Notes under the pieces: model-generated
The model's input: the letters and a program-made list of their open reading frames with translations, nothing else
What the model was told of the DNA's origin: nothing
Databases searched by the model: none
Assembly: GCA_051251855.1 (NCBI GenBank)
Contig: JBPOGI010000001.1
Location: 1,792,001 to 1,856,000, forward strand
DNA: 64,000 nucleotides
Origin: Roseibacillus sp.
GTDB taxonomy: Bacteria; Verrucomicrobiota; Verrucomicrobiia; Verrucomicrobiales; Akkermansiaceae
Direction of reading: 5' to 3'
Made by a program: the position numbers and the translations under genes
Shown: one piece after another, positions 1 to 10,675 of the stretch
Layout of the letters: every line of letters begins with the position of its first letter
How positions within the stretch are numbered: the stretch's first letter is position 1

Positions 1-1463
1 CCGTCCGCATAGTCGCGGTTCGGGAGCACGACATAGGAGTCACTGCCATGGCAGCGGGCCATATTGAACCAAGCGATGTAGTATTCGCTGATCTTCTCTT
101 TCAGCTTTTCATCGTCGGAGGCATAAACTCCCGCGAGTCCCCAGGTGAACCCCATGAGACCGCAGGCGTGCCCGTCAGGTAAATCCTTGTAAGCTGCATC
201 GATGTTAGCGAGATGAAGTTTTTGATACTTCTCCGAGTCCTCTCTCTCCGGTGAGAGTTTATGCACGAGATAAGCAAGGCCGGACTTGTGTGAGAACCCA
301 TGGCGCGTGCTCTTCTTCCACTTTGCGGAATCCACGGGCCCATTGTTCAAAGTAAATTCGCCGCCGTAAGCCACCTTACCCGCATCGGTTGTGCCGTAAT
401 CCAAAAACCGATAGCTCCGCTCGGGCGCATCATAGGGAGCCTCCACTCCACAATCTTCAGCAAGCTGCCAAGTCATCAAAGCCAAACAAGTGGGCCACTG
501 CATGGGTCCATAGCCACCTCCACCACGCTTCTTAATCACGTCGTAAGGAGCGTGACCGAAGCCTCCCTCATAACGATCTTGATGCGTATTGAGCACCTCC
601 TGAGGAACTGGATTTTTCATTTTTTCCACCTTCCAGTGACGGACGGGCGATTTCCACTGCGCTTTTGCCATGAGGTCCATAGAGGACTCTAGTGTCTTCA
701 ATACTTTCCTATCCCCCGTCAACAAATGGTATTCCGAAAGAGCGATTCCTTGAAAGCCGAGATGCCACGCCCAAGTCTCTTCGCTATAAGGCTTGTTCCA
801 CTCTAAGGCCATCTTCTCCCCTGCCCGAGAAACCTTCGGGTCGTCAGCACCTAGCATTGCCAGAGTCGCGACACATCTCCCTTGCGAATCCAAGCCACCG
901 GGATTGTCGATGAGATACTGATAGGCACGCTCTTTGAGAATCTTTGTCTTCGCACAATCGACCGGAAAGGTTTCAGCGAAGCGCCCTAACTTCTCCAGCT
1001 GCACCTTCACTTCCAGCTTCTCTTCCCCGCGGTTGACCATCAATTCCAAGACGCCATCCTCCCCCTCACTATCTTCAATCGCCAATCCCAGGTCTCGCAG
1101 GGGGCCTTCCATACCAATATTGATATTAGTTCCGGCAAAAGTGTGTGCTGAGAACTTCTTCCCATTCGCACCGTAGACTTCATCTCCGAGCACGAGCACT
1201 TCAGAAGCGGGAGAATTTTTAAAGATATGTTGCACCACATACGAGCGTTCCTTCAGAATTCCTCGCGCTCCCGTCGGTCCCATATTGATAAGGAAACCAG
1301 GCACTTCAGCATCGGGCCCCGTGTTGCAAGGCTTGCTCCACCGACCTTGGTTTTCTTCGTTCTTAACGCCTTGAACTTGACCCGCACCTAAGAAAAGGAT
1401 GGCCATCCAAGGAAACACTCGCCCATGGCGAGAAGTCTTTTTGATTCTAAGGTGTTGTTTCAT
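1..1463 (-). CDS. DUF6288-type secreted protein with N-terminal PDZ-like region (partial, runs off the left edge)
   Basis: Not in the ORF track. Manual translation from ATG 1463 gives MKQHLRIKK...MAILFLGAGQ...RWSKPCNTGPDAEVPGFLINMGPTGARGI...NSPASEVLVLGDEVYGANGKKF. The same frame at the left edge reads LPDGHACGLMGFTWGLAG...WFNMARCHGSDSYVVLPNRD. The middle was not checked codon by codon. Confidence 0.75.
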   Translation of the reverse strand, partial: MKQHLRIKKTSRHGRVFPWMAILFLGAGQVQGVKNEENQGRWSKPCNTGPDAEVPGFLINMGPTGARGILKERSYVVQHIFKNSPASEVLVLGDEVYGANGKKFSAHTFAGTNINIGMEGPLRDLGLAIEDSEGEDGVLELMVNRGEEKLEVKVQLEKLGRFAETFPVDCAKTKILKERAYQYLIDNPGGLDSQGRCVATLAMLGADDPKVSRAGEKMALEWNKPYSEETWAWHLGFQGIALSEYHLLTGDRKVLKTLESSMDLMAKAQWKSPVRHWKVEKMKNPVPQEVLNTHQDRYEGGFGHAPYDVIKKRGGGGYGPMQWPTCLALMTWQLAEDCGVEAPYDAPERSYRFLDYGTTDAGKVAYGGEFTLNNGPVDSAKWKKSTRHGFSHKSGLAYLVHKLSPEREDSEKYQKLHLANIDAAYKDLPDGHACGLMGFTWGLAGVYASDDEKLKEKISEYYIAWFNMARCHGSDSYVVLPNRDYAD

Positions 1464-1567
1464 ACTCAATTCTTTCGAGCGAAAGTATTGAGAAGCACAA
1501 GAATAGAAAAGAAGCAAATCGGCCCAAAACACGCCGTCTCCTCGCACTTTCAGCTCTGAACTACATT

Positions 1568-2998
1568 CTAAAAATCGATTACAAAGCCGCCACGACTCGT
1601 CACCGCACGGGCAATGTCGACATGGACCCAACGCAACTCGTATCGTGGTCCCCAAGAGTCACTAACTCCCACCTCGTTGGTCACCTCATTATAGCCAACA
1701 ACCATACAGATATGATGGTTAGCCTCCACATTTTCAACCTGCGGAACAACGCTCTCTGCTTCCTTGGCTATGTCCTCTGCCCAAACAGCGAAATCTTCCG
1801 TTTCGCTCCGTTCCTTAGTTCGGCGGTTAGCGAGTTCGTTATAAGGAGTCAAGCTGCACATCTGCCAGAGAACGGGAACTCCTTTATCGATATATTTCTT
1901 TAGCTTAGAGATCTCAAAATCATCCTGAAGCTCGAGCTCTCTCACCTTGCGGGCCTTGCTTCGAATGATGCGCTTAGAAGTCTCCGCTAATAGGGTCGTA
2001 TTCGTTCCCCCACCCTCACTGGTAGCAGCGGTTGCCAAGAGATACATATCGGCAGGGACCTCCATGTATCGCATCGCACGCTCAAAAGTAGCTGGGGCAC
2101 AGTATCCTTTGGGGCCTTGATCCACCATGGGAATATTCTGAATGAGAACGTCACCGTTGCTCTCATGCATCACGTTTTCGATCAACTTAGCCTTCAGATC
2201 TGAGTCCTTAATCAGCTCAACTTTTCCCTCGGCGTCCGCGTTTGCAGTGCTAACGATGAGCACGCTGGTGTATTCGTCATCCTGTGTAGATAGCAGAATA
2301 CTGTGCTGTTCTAAATCCCAACGCTGCACCCTGCGCTTGTCTTCTTTTTCCCCATAATACTGCTTTTGAGGTTCCCCCAAAGTTTTGGAGAGCTGGGCCG
2401 CAATAATTTCGGCATCAGCCTCTATCGCATCTGCGAGGGACATGGGCGCCTCCCGGTCAGGATTGACTTTTTTGAAATGGTCTTCTCCGAACCCCGCGGT
2501 GGAGCCAAAGTCACCCTTATTAGCAAAGACGAGTGAAAGCTGCTCAGCCTTTCCGTTCTCATTACCATAAAGAGTCACACAATAGGGATGGGCTCCTGCG
2601 AAGAGGTAGTCGACCTTGGTATAAAGACGATAGCTGCTCGAGAGTTCAACCGATGATTCCAGCTTGAGTCCCATACGCTTCGCCACCGCCGCAGCATCTT
2701 CGTTCCAAAGAGAAGAATTTCCACTCAAAAGCGGTTGACCAAAAGCGTCGTTTGCCTGGGTCGAAGCTCCTGCAAGCGCATCTTTGATCGCTTCGATGCT
2801 GGCATCCGTGAGAGAAGAAAGAGGCACCTCAAAGTTCTTCCCCGTTGCATTCTCGATCGTCACTACATCATCAGCAAGGCCCACAACATTGACAGAGAGC
2901 TTCTTGCCGGAAGCCTTCTGGGTAATCTCAATCGACTCTCCTTGGAGAGCAAACATGCTTCCGCCCAAGAATAGCGACATCAGTATCAAGTGTCTCAT
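1568..2998 (-). CDS. Secreted protein with C-terminal C39/papain-like cysteine peptidase domain
   Basis: Signal peptide MRHLILMSLFLGGSMFA. Motifs DQGPKGYCAPAT (Q...C), HHICMVVGYN (H) and SDSWG. Confidence 0.7.
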   Translation of the reverse strand: MRHLILMSLFLGGSMFALQGESIEITQKASGKKLSVNVVGLADDVVTIENATGKNFEVPLSSLTDASIEAIKDALAGASTQANDAFGQPLLSGNSSLWNEDAAAVAKRMGLKLESSVELSSSYRLYTKVDYLFAGAHPYCVTLYGNENGKAEQLSLVFANKGDFGSTAGFGEDHFKKVNPDREAPMSLADAIEADAEIIAAQLSKTLGEPQKQYYGEKEDKRRVQRWDLEQHSILLSTQDDEYTSVLIVSTANADAEGKVELIKDSDLKAKLIENVMHESNGDVLIQNIPMVDQGPKGYCAPATFERAMRYMEVPADMYLLATAATSEGGGTNTTLLAETSKRIIRSKARKVRELELQDDFEISKLKKYIDKGVPVLWQMCSLTPYNELANRRTKERSETEDFAVWAEDIAKEAESVVPQVENVEANHHICMVVGYNEVTNEVGVSDSWGPRYELRWVHVDIARAVTSRGGFVIDF

Positions 2999-3196
2999 AT
3001 CGACAATAGTTAAGCCAGTTCCTGCCAAGAGGTAAGCGAAAATTTCTATTTTGGTGGGAAATCCTCTTCTCTAAAGAAGCCTCTTCTTTTAGTAGCGCTG
3101 GTTAGGACCTCGTGGTGGCATCCAGCTTACCGACGACCAGAGAGTAGAGACCGATTCCCTTGACCTCTTGATTTCACAAGCCACTTGCCTAAGGGG

Positions 3197-3550
3197 CTAT
3201 GCGCCGCGACCAGGATTCCCACCTTGGCTAAATCTAAGACGCTTTGCAGAATCGTCTAATTCCATTCTCCCGTCGATGCGACCATCTTCGGCATCAACAT
3301 CACGAATGAAATCGGCGAGTGCATTCGCATCGACCACTTTTCGAGAGACCAGATAGCGAGTAAGAGCTTGGGTGGCTAACTTTAACTCTTCGACCTCTCG
3401 CTTTAGGTGGGCAAGCTCCATTTCCCGCGCCCCTAGTTCCATTTCAGCAATGGACTGACTCCGTCTCAGCGCACCTATTTCTCTCTCCGTATCCTCGATA
3501 TCAAGACGGTTCCCAATATCTCCCAACAAAAGTGTTCGCATCCATCCCAT
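3197..3550 (-). CDS. Hypothetical coiled-coil protein
   Basis: Likely start MGWMRTLLLGDIG at 3550; heptad-rich central region; ends DAEDGRIDGRM-like. Confidence 0.6.
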   Translation of the reverse strand: MGWMRTLLLGDIGNRLDIEDTEREIGALRRSQSIAEMELGAREMELAHLKREVEELKLATQALTRYLVSRKVVDANALADFIRDVDAEDGRIDGRMELDDSAKRLRFSQGGNPGRGA

Positions 3551-4213
3551 GTGCTGAAGGCTAGCGGATCCCTCAGAGTTTCCCATTACACTTTTGCCAG
3601 AATATTCTCCCCTACCCTCGAGCGGATAAAAGCCACTCCTCACTCTTGCCCCCTCAAGATGCAACACCTCGCACAACTACCCCTGAGCACCTATGAAGCG
3701 CTAGTCGACAGACCGACTATTCACCACGAACTCTTTGAAAAAACAGAGTAAAGAACAGTTCTGAGAAGTCCCTCGATCTCTATGAAGTGCGCTACCTCAC
3801 TCGGTCCCGACCTTGAGGCACCACCAGAATCTCCGCCTACCACATCAAACTCTATTTCGAAGTAGATTGTCTTTCTCGCAATATCAAAAGACATCTAACA
3901 AAAGTGAAACATCAACCCTCGAGAAGAAGCTTCCTATTCTCCGCTCCTCTCTGCCAAGCTCTCAAACTAAGAAAAAGTCGTCCCAAGGTATTCACCCTCC
4001 TTGTCTCACAATAAAACTCCTACCCCCCAAAAAACGAGGGCCTAAGCGGTTGCCGAGTCACAGACTCCCCTCGTTCTCGGCAAGATAATCACCCATAATC
4101 ACCCCGACAGTCCAAGAAACTCAGACTCACTTCTTTAGAACGATTTTTAACTAAAACCATCCAAATCGACTCCCCCCTGTTTTCGGCTTGATGTTCTGGG
4201 GTAAGTCTCTGAA

Positions 4214-7200
4214 ATGGCGGATACATCTTGTAACAAAAAACCAATGAGAATGAAAAGAACCTACCTAGTCGGCTCCATTGTCGGCTCCCTCATGATGACG
4301 GTTTCGGCCGTCGATTACACGTGGACCGGTGCCGCTGCTGATGGCGACTGGAATAATACTGCCAACTGGACCGGAGGGCTTGTCCCCCCTGATGATAACG
4401 CAGGAGGAGGGCTGACCATCAACGCAGCCGATTTGATCATCTTCGATGGCGCGAACATGCCCACCAACAATCCTGATATGGGAGGTGAGTATGACGGCGG
4501 GACCAATGGCGGCGACTTTTCCACTCCTGCCCTGCAAATCAACAGCGGAGGCACCATTGGATTCGATATCACCGGCAATGGCGGCTCCATTTGGACCAAT
4601 CTCGGCACCTCTGGGCTGACATTCCGTGAACTATGGATTATTGGCGATGGCACCGGAGCGCCCGGAGAAGTGACCGTCAACGTCGATCCCTTCGGGAACC
4701 TGAGCCGGCACCCCGGCAACATGGTTCACACCGTCACGGTCAATTCGGACGGCATCCTGAATTTCCTTGGAAACGTCGATATGACTGCAAATGCGGGAAA
4801 CCGATGGGCTGCCCTTTCGATCAACGGAGGTGTGGTGGAGATTACCGGCACTGTGAACGACCTTGATAACAACGCCAATAACGAGGTTCTCTTCACAGAC
4901 GTTGGAGGAAGCTTCACCGCGGATTACGGCGGAGACTTCGCAGATTTGGCCGCGGTTGAGGCCCAGGTTGGCCCCACTGGCAGCTTCCGCTCCAACGACG
5001 TGGTGACCATCACACTTGAGGTTACCGAGGACTTGGTGAGCGTTCCAAATACCTTCACGGTGTCCGCGGTGCCAGCTCCGGACCCGAACAACTGGACCGG
5101 CAATGGTAGCGGTGTTCTGGGTGATGCGAGTAACAATTTCACCTTTAACAATGTCGGCGATACCCTCGATGAAGGACCGTTTGGGGATCTCATCGGAGAC
5201 TCGGACAAGGCGACTTTCGCAGACCAGTATTTCCATGTTTCGGGGCCCACTGCAGTGGCTACCTCCACCCTGACGACTTTGACTGGGGGCGTAGTTATTG
5301 ACGACCTCGCATTCCTCAATGATGCGGTGAGTTACTCGATAAATAGCCCTGATACTTTCGGGATCGCAGGCACGACCAGTATTTCCTTGATCGGCTCCGG
5401 CGAACTGACCTTGACAGGTGAGCACGCAACGTCAGGCAGCACTGCCATTCTCGCGGGCAACACCCTGAATTTGGGAGACGGCACAACGGATGGCTCCATC
5501 AACGACAGCGCCATCGGCAACAGTGGAGCCCTCGTCTATAACACTCTCGGCTCGATCACCCAGACGGGTGCACTCAGCGGAACTGGGAGTATTGAGAAAC
5601 TCGGTGCAGGAACTGTCACCATCGCTTCCGGAAATTTAAGCGGAAACACCACCGTCACCGAGGGGAACCTCGTCTTCAACGACCCGACCGCTTCTCCGCT
5701 CTATACAATCGCGTCCAACGCCACCTTGACTTTCGACATCGACGGAGGTCAGCTCAATCTCGGGCCGAACGGCACCGTCATTGACGGGACGGGTACCTTG
5801 GTGAAATTGGGCACCTCCACCCATCGTTGGGGTGGCGCAGTGGTGAACTGGGAACTCGATTCCGGTGCTCTCATTGACGTGCAGGAAGGCATCCTCCGGG
5901 GTGGTTCGAATGCCAACGATATTTGGCTGATCAACAAGGCGGACCTCAACATCGGCAGCAACGGAGTGTTCCAGACGAACGAGTCCAAGGTGAGGGTGGA
6001 TTCCCTCACTGGTGATGGTGAGCTGCAAAACGGATCCACCAACGGCTTTTACGAGCCGCTGAGAATCGGAGTCGACAACGGCACTGGTATTTTTGATGGT
6101 ATTATCACAGGCGCCGATGGCAGCTTGATCAAGCTGGGCACCGGCACCCAAACCCTCAATGGGTCCAACTCATTCGGAACCAATGGCGGCACAGTGATGA
6201 TCGGTGAAGATCTCGGTGGTGGTTTGATTGCCCCAGGTGGGGAGCTTATCCTCGACAATCTGAATACCTATACCGGCGACACCACGATAGTAGACGGAAC
6301 TCTCACTCTGACCGCCGATTCGGCGATTGGATTCGTCCCTACTGCGAACGGAGTGAGCAACAAGGTAACTGGAACCGCAGCAGGAACTGCTGAATTTGGT
6401 GGTATCATCAGCATCGACCTCTCGAATGCGTCTGCCGCACCAGGCAACAGCTGGACGTTGGTAGACACCAGCGGTGGCTTGTCGGTGAGCTATATTTCGG
6501 GGGCACTTGACTTTATTGTCGAAGAGACCACCGAAGGCTTTGTGTTCGAAGAAGACACCCCGGGCGTCTGGACCTACGACCTAGGTTTTGCTGTTTGGAC
6601 ATTCACCCAGTCTACTGGAGAGCTGACCTACAGCGCCGGTCTTGACACCAAGTTCTGGACTGGAATTGGCGGAGCGATTTGGGATCAGGCAACCACTGCC
6701 AACTTCACCGACAACCTCCCAACGGACCCAGTTTCCAATGTCACATTTGACGCTGCAACAACGACGACGATGCGTGCCGCATTTGCCGACGTCTACGTAG
6801 CAAGTGGTGGTTCAGTTGCAGCGACTAACACCACTATCGACGTTGAAGCGACTGGGGTATCCACTGGCGACGTTGACTTCTTTAACGATAGCCTAACTTA
6901 CGTCATCGATAGCGATGGTGGAGCCGGTATCGCTGGCACGACGAATATTAATGCCAGCAACGCGGGCACCCTAATCTTCCGAGGTGATCACACCACCACC
7001 GGAACGACCACGATTGGTAGTGACAGCGTCGTGACCTTCGAAGCTCTGACTAGTGAAGCTTCCACCTTCTCGTCTCCATCGACGGGCGGCGGCAGCATCA
7101 CCAAAACGGGTGATGGAGTGACCACTCTCGCTGCCAATGCCGGTTCCACCGGTACAACGACAGTGACAGCTGGTGAACTCATCCTAGACGCGAACCACTC

Positions 7201-8512
7201 GGCTACCGCGATTGACATCGCAGCCGGTGCTACCCTCACCTACAATTCGACAGGCAACTTCCGCTATTCAGTAGACGGTTCCTACACAGGAACGGGCATC
7301 CTGAAGAAAACAGGTGCAGGCACCAATGACTGGAATGATGGCGAATTCGCCTTGGGTTCTGGTTCACTCATCGACGTGCAGGAAGGTATTTGGAAGGGTG
7401 GTTCAGGCAGGAGCGAAGGATGGTCTGCTAACCTCTCCGATCTCAACATCGCTGCAGGAGCTGGCTTCACCTCGGTAGAAGCCAACGTGTTCGTCGATGG
7501 TGTAACCGGAGAAGGAACCCTTGCCACTGGGTTCAACCTCGGAGGTAACCCCTCCTATGCGCAGTTGACCATCGGGGTCGACAACGGCGACGCTACCTTT
7601 GATGGCACCGTCCTCGACCAAGGCGTGTTCGACAATACTCCAACTCAGCACTTCGGCCACTTACACAAGGTCGGAACTGGTATGCAGACCTTCACTGGTG
7701 ATGTCGCCCTCCATGGTGATTACGACATCCAGGACGGCACAGTGACCCTGACTGACACTGGAAGTATTACCTTCTTCCCTGAAGGCAATGGCGTAACCAA
7801 CCAAGTGCTCGCTAGCGTGGACACAGGAACACCAGTCTTGAACCTCAACGGTGCAGTCAACTTCGATCTAAGCGGAGCTGACACCACTACGGGGAACATG
7901 TGGACGGTCCTTGATCCCACAAACTTCGACACGGTGACCATCGGTGCCACTGCTACTGTAACAAGTAGCGCCTTCGGAGCCTTCACCGAAACGGTTGTAG
8001 ACACCACGTTTGAGCTGGATGCGGGAGGGTTCCTTTGGACCTTCGATGTCGCTAGCGCAACCTTGAGCGTGGGCCCAGGAACACCTCCTGCTGGATACGC
8101 AACCTTCCAGACCGACTTCTTCTTCCCTGCTGAGATCACTGCTGGCGATGCCGATTTCGATGTCGATTTCGACGCTGGTGGACTGGACAACGGTATTGAG
8201 TTTGTTGTGGGTGGTAATCCCACCGATGCCTCCGATGACGCTGCTCTAGCGCCCACCTGCGCGAAGACCGCGGGAGGCTTCACCTTCACCTTCCGTCGTA
8301 CGGACGAGTCGATTGATGACAACCCTGGAGTCGAGTATGGCAGCGATATCGTTGGCTTCACCTTAGCTGCAGATGGTGTTGATGGCGTGATTATCACAAT
8401 CACCGATGACGGCTTCGACACCGGTGTCGATCAAGTGGACGTCTTCCTCCCTGACAGCCTCGCAGTTGGCGGCAAGCTCTTCGCTCGCTTGACCGTGACG
8501 CCAACCCTGTAG
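4214..8512 (+). CDS. Large secreted protein with autotransporter-associated beta-strand repeats, no beta-barrel, Verrucomicrobia-type C-terminal domain
   Basis: 1432 aa ORF with signal peptide. Repeated K-x-G-x-G-T-x-T-L...N-T-Y-T-G-x-T-T motifs; C-terminus GGKLFARLTVTPTL. True start may be the ATG at 4244 or 4250. Confidence 0.85.
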   Translation: MADTSCNKKPMRMKRTYLVGSIVGSLMMTVSAVDYTWTGAAADGDWNNTANWTGGLVPPDDNAGGGLTINAADLIIFDGANMPTNNPDMGGEYDGGTNGGDFSTPALQINSGGTIGFDITGNGGSIWTNLGTSGLTFRELWIIGDGTGAPGEVTVNVDPFGNLSRHPGNMVHTVTVNSDGILNFLGNVDMTANAGNRWAALSINGGVVEITGTVNDLDNNANNEVLFTDVGGSFTADYGGDFADLAAVEAQVGPTGSFRSNDVVTITLEVTEDLVSVPNTFTVSAVPAPDPNNWTGNGSGVLGDASNNFTFNNVGDTLDEGPFGDLIGDSDKATFADQYFHVSGPTAVATSTLTTLTGGVVIDDLAFLNDAVSYSINSPDTFGIAGTTSISLIGSGELTLTGEHATSGSTAILAGNTLNLGDGTTDGSINDSAIGNSGALVYNTLGSITQTGALSGTGSIEKLGAGTVTIASGNLSGNTTVTEGNLVFNDPTASPLYTIASNATLTFDIDGGQLNLGPNGTVIDGTGTLVKLGTSTHRWGGAVVNWELDSGALIDVQEGILRGGSNANDIWLINKADLNIGSNGVFQTNESKVRVDSLTGDGELQNGSTNGFYEPLRIGVDNGTGIFDGIITGADGSLIKLGTGTQTLNGSNSFGTNGGTVMIGEDLGGGLIAPGGELILDNLNTYTGDTTIVDGTLTLTADSAIGFVPTANGVSNKVTGTAAGTAEFGGIISIDLSNASAAPGNSWTLVDTSGGLSVSYISGALDFIVEETTEGFVFEEDTPGVWTYDLGFAVWTFTQSTGELTYSAGLDTKFWTGIGGAIWDQATTANFTDNLPTDPVSNVTFDAATTTTMRAAFADVYVASGGSVAATNTTIDVEATGVSTGDVDFFNDSLTYVIDSDGGAGIAGTTNINASNAGTLIFRGDHTTTGTTTIGSDSVVTFEALTSEASTFSSPSTGGGSITKTGDGVTTLAANAGSTGTTTVTAGELILDANHSATAIDIAAGATLTYNSTGNFRYSVDGSYTGTGILKKTGAGTNDWNDGEFALGSGSLIDVQEGIWKGGSGRSEGWSANLSDLNIAAGAGFTSVEANVFVDGVTGEGTLATGFNLGGNPSYAQLTIGVDNGDATFDGTVLDQGVFDNTPTQHFGHLHKVGTGMQTFTGDVALHGDYDIQDGTVTLTDTGSITFFPEGNGVTNQVLASVDTGTPVLNLNGAVNFDLSGADTTTGNMWTVLDPTNFDTVTIGATATVTSSAFGAFTETVVDTTFELDAGGFLWTFDVASATLSVGPGTPPAGYATFQTDFFFPAEITAGDADFDVDFDAGGLDNGIEFVVGGNPTDASDDAALAPTCAKTAGGFTFTFRRTDESIDDNPGVEYGSDIVGFTLAADGVDGVIITITDDGFDTGVDQVDVFLPDSLAVGGKLFARLTVTPTL

Positions 8513-8546
8513 GCAAGCCTCAGTAAACGATATTCCTTTTCATTTC

Positions 8547-8584
8547 ACGAGCTGCATCCTCACGGATGCAGCTCGTTTTCTTTT
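8547..8584 (+). terminator. Rho-independent terminator
   Basis: Perfect 13-bp stem acgagctgcatcc/ggatgcagctcgt with a 4-nt loop, followed by a T-rich tail, 35 bp after the stop codon. Confidence 0.85.
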
Positions 8585-8622
8585 CGAAGTAGATCTCTGA
8601 TACAAACCAGAACGAATGCCTC

Positions 8623-8833
8623 TAGACCGTTTTCCAGATGGAGTGGCCGATATCGCTGAGATGAGTTCTTTCAAGGACAGGCAGTGACGAAGGAGTTGGT
8701 CGAGACCAACGACTGAGAAATATCGCAGTCATTGGATAAACTCATCCAGAACCATCGAAACATGCGGCCTTGCCACCTGACTCAAAGACCAACTCAACAT
8801 CGATTTCGGCAAGCTCAGTTGGAAACTCGTCTA
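8623..8833. repeat. MITE-like palindromic intergenic element (~210 bp)
   Basis: Imperfect ~50-bp terminal inverted repeats (tagac..ttcca..gccga.atcg..tcttt on both ends) and an internal hairpin gttggtc-ga-gaccaac. Lies between convergent genes. Confidence 0.55.
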
Positions 8834-8836
8834 ATC

Positions 8837-9691
8837 TTAAGAATCCAACTTGTCGCCACACTTACGACAAAAGCGGGCATCCGGTAGATGACCACAAGAG
8901 CCACAACCGGGACAAGCGTCGGTCAAGTCCTCTTCCCTTTCCCTCGCATGAGCAACCTCGGAAACAAAGATACCCGTCGGAACAGCAATCACCGCAAAAC
9001 CTGACAAGGAAGTGATCATTGTGAGAAATTTTCCCAAATCCGTGACTGGAATGATATCGCCATAACCTAATGTGGTCATCGTCACGACCGCCCAGTAGAT
9101 ACCTGAAGGGATACTTTGAATGCGGCTCCCTTCGTGCCCATTCTCAATAAGGTAAGCCAGCGTGCCCATGATGGATGCGAAAATAGCCATCGCCATTAGA
9201 AAAACGCTAATCTTGGCTCGACTCGCATAGATGGAACGTAACAGCAAGTTTGCCCCTTTGACATGGTGCACCATTTTCAGAATCCGAAACATGCGCAAGA
9301 GGCGAAGAATCCGAATTACGAGCAATGACTGAACCGTCGCACCTGGAAACAAGAGCGTCAGGTATGTAGGGAGACATGAAAGCAAGTCAACGATCCCGAA
9401 AAAACTCGTCGCGTAACGAAGCGGCTTACGCACCAGCCACAATCGCACAACGTATTCGACGGTGAAAAGAATCGTGAAAATCCACTCGAGCACGATAAAC
9501 AGCGCCCCATACTCAGCCTTAATCGACTCCACGCTCTCCAGCATGACAGCGGCAACACTGATAACAATGAGCCAAAGCAAAGCGACATCGAACATCTTTC
9601 CCGAAGGGGTCTCGGCCTCGAAAATGATCTCCCAGAGCTTCTGCTTCAATCCCCGAGAATTCTCTCCTAACTCTTGATCGGGTTCACTCAT
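8837..9691 (-). CDS. Voltage-gated potassium channel (ion transporter family)
   Basis: S4 segment RILRLLRMFRILK, selectivity filter TTLGYGD, C-terminal CPGC...CRKCG. Confidence 0.92.
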   Translation of the reverse strand: MSEPDQELGENSRGLKQKLWEIIFEAETPSGKMFDVALLWLIVISVAAVMLESVESIKAEYGALFIVLEWIFTILFTVEYVVRLWLVRKPLRYATSFFGIVDLLSCLPTYLTLLFPGATVQSLLVIRILRLLRMFRILKMVHHVKGANLLLRSIYASRAKISVFLMAMAIFASIMGTLAYLIENGHEGSRIQSIPSGIYWAVVTMTTLGYGDIIPVTDLGKFLTMITSLSGFAVIAVPTGIFVSEVAHAREREEDLTDACPGCGSCGHLPDARFCRKCGDKLDS

Positions 9692-9692
9692 C

Positions 9693-10316
9693 TCAATCGC
9701 GCCCGAGAAGGCGCTTACTATCGTTCAAAGACATCTTCTCGTAATCCTCATTATCCATAATCAGCGGCTTTGGACTGTCTCTTTGGCGAATCTCAGTCTT
9801 AAGGTCACCCGGCCTCGACAGTCGATCACCCGCCTGCTCACGTGCGGTGCTCGTACGGTAATCCCCCGTTGCATAAGCCTGCCCCTGGCTGCGTGCCGCC
9901 GTTCCCGACTCCTGCGCCTGCTTCTGCACGAAATATTCTTCGTTGTCCCAGCGATTTTTAGAATTCGTAAATTTCCCAGTATCAAAGTTCTTTGACCCTT
10001 TCCAGTTCTTCTTGGAATAGCGCGTTGCAGCAAATTCCTTGTTCGTCAAGTCGCCCCCAATATTGCTCATCTGCTTCCCCTCAAAAGAGCTCCGCTTGGA
10101 ATCCTTTCGGTTCAAGTTACCTTCCCCATCAAAAGCGAGATCCTTACCATAATCCGCAAACTTTTTTTCCAGCGCAATTTGGCCAGATCCCTCATCCATA
10201 GCCAGAATCTGTCCCGCACTTTCTGTCGCAGTTGGAGCCTTGCTTCTCTTGCTACACGAAGACAGGACCACCCCACCAAAAAGAGCGGCTAAAGTTCCGA
10301 TGATCGCGTTATGCAT
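9693..10316 (-). CDS. Hypothetical lipoprotein
   Basis: Start MHNAIIGTLAALFGGVVLSSC contains a lipobox; the stop lies just before the channel gene start. Confidence 0.65.
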   Translation of the reverse strand: MHNAIIGTLAALFGGVVLSSCSKRSKAPTATESAGQILAMDEGSGQIALEKKFADYGKDLAFDGEGNLNRKDSKRSSFEGKQMSNIGGDLTNKEFAATRYSKKNWKGSKNFDTGKFTNSKNRWDNEEYFVQKQAQESGTAARSQGQAYATGDYRTSTAREQAGDRLSRPGDLKTEIRQRDSPKPLIMDNEDYEKMSLNDSKRLLGRD

Positions 10317-10381
10317 AGGAGTTCTTTTAGCATATCGCCACTTACCCCCAAACTCCAATTTCACGCCCCTTTTCTCATCAC

Positions 10382-10606
10382 TCACTTCCAAGTCCTTGTC
10401 ACGATGCGCCAAAAAAACCGTCCAAAGAATGCTCCCAATAAACAAATGGGAACCACCAGCCCACTTGCACCCAAAAGAATCGAATCCACGCTCGCCCCGT
10501 TGTCCGAAAGAAGCTTCAACAGGTCGGCACGGCCCTTCTGAACCATCGTCAGCCCAAGGCTAATCAGTCCAGTCGCCAAAAGACACCAATCCATTCGCCA
10601 ACTCAT
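10382..10606 (-). CDS. Possible small two-TM membrane protein
   Basis: MSWRMDWCLLATGLISLGL...VVPICLLGAFFGRFFW has two hydrophobic segments and fills an intergenic gap. Confidence 0.3.
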   Translation of the reverse strand: MSWRMDWCLLATGLISLGLTMVQKGRADLLKLLSDNGASVDSILLGASGLVVPICLLGAFFGRFFWRIVTRTWK

Positions 10607-10675
10607 TTGCAAGTGCAGCTTATCAATTTTTTTTAACAAAAGGGAGCCAAAATTTTCGCTCCGACAAAATCGGCG

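Noticed and set aside
3040..3170. Possible riboswitch in the intergenic region
   Set aside because: Only short pairings, with no match to a family I can recognise.
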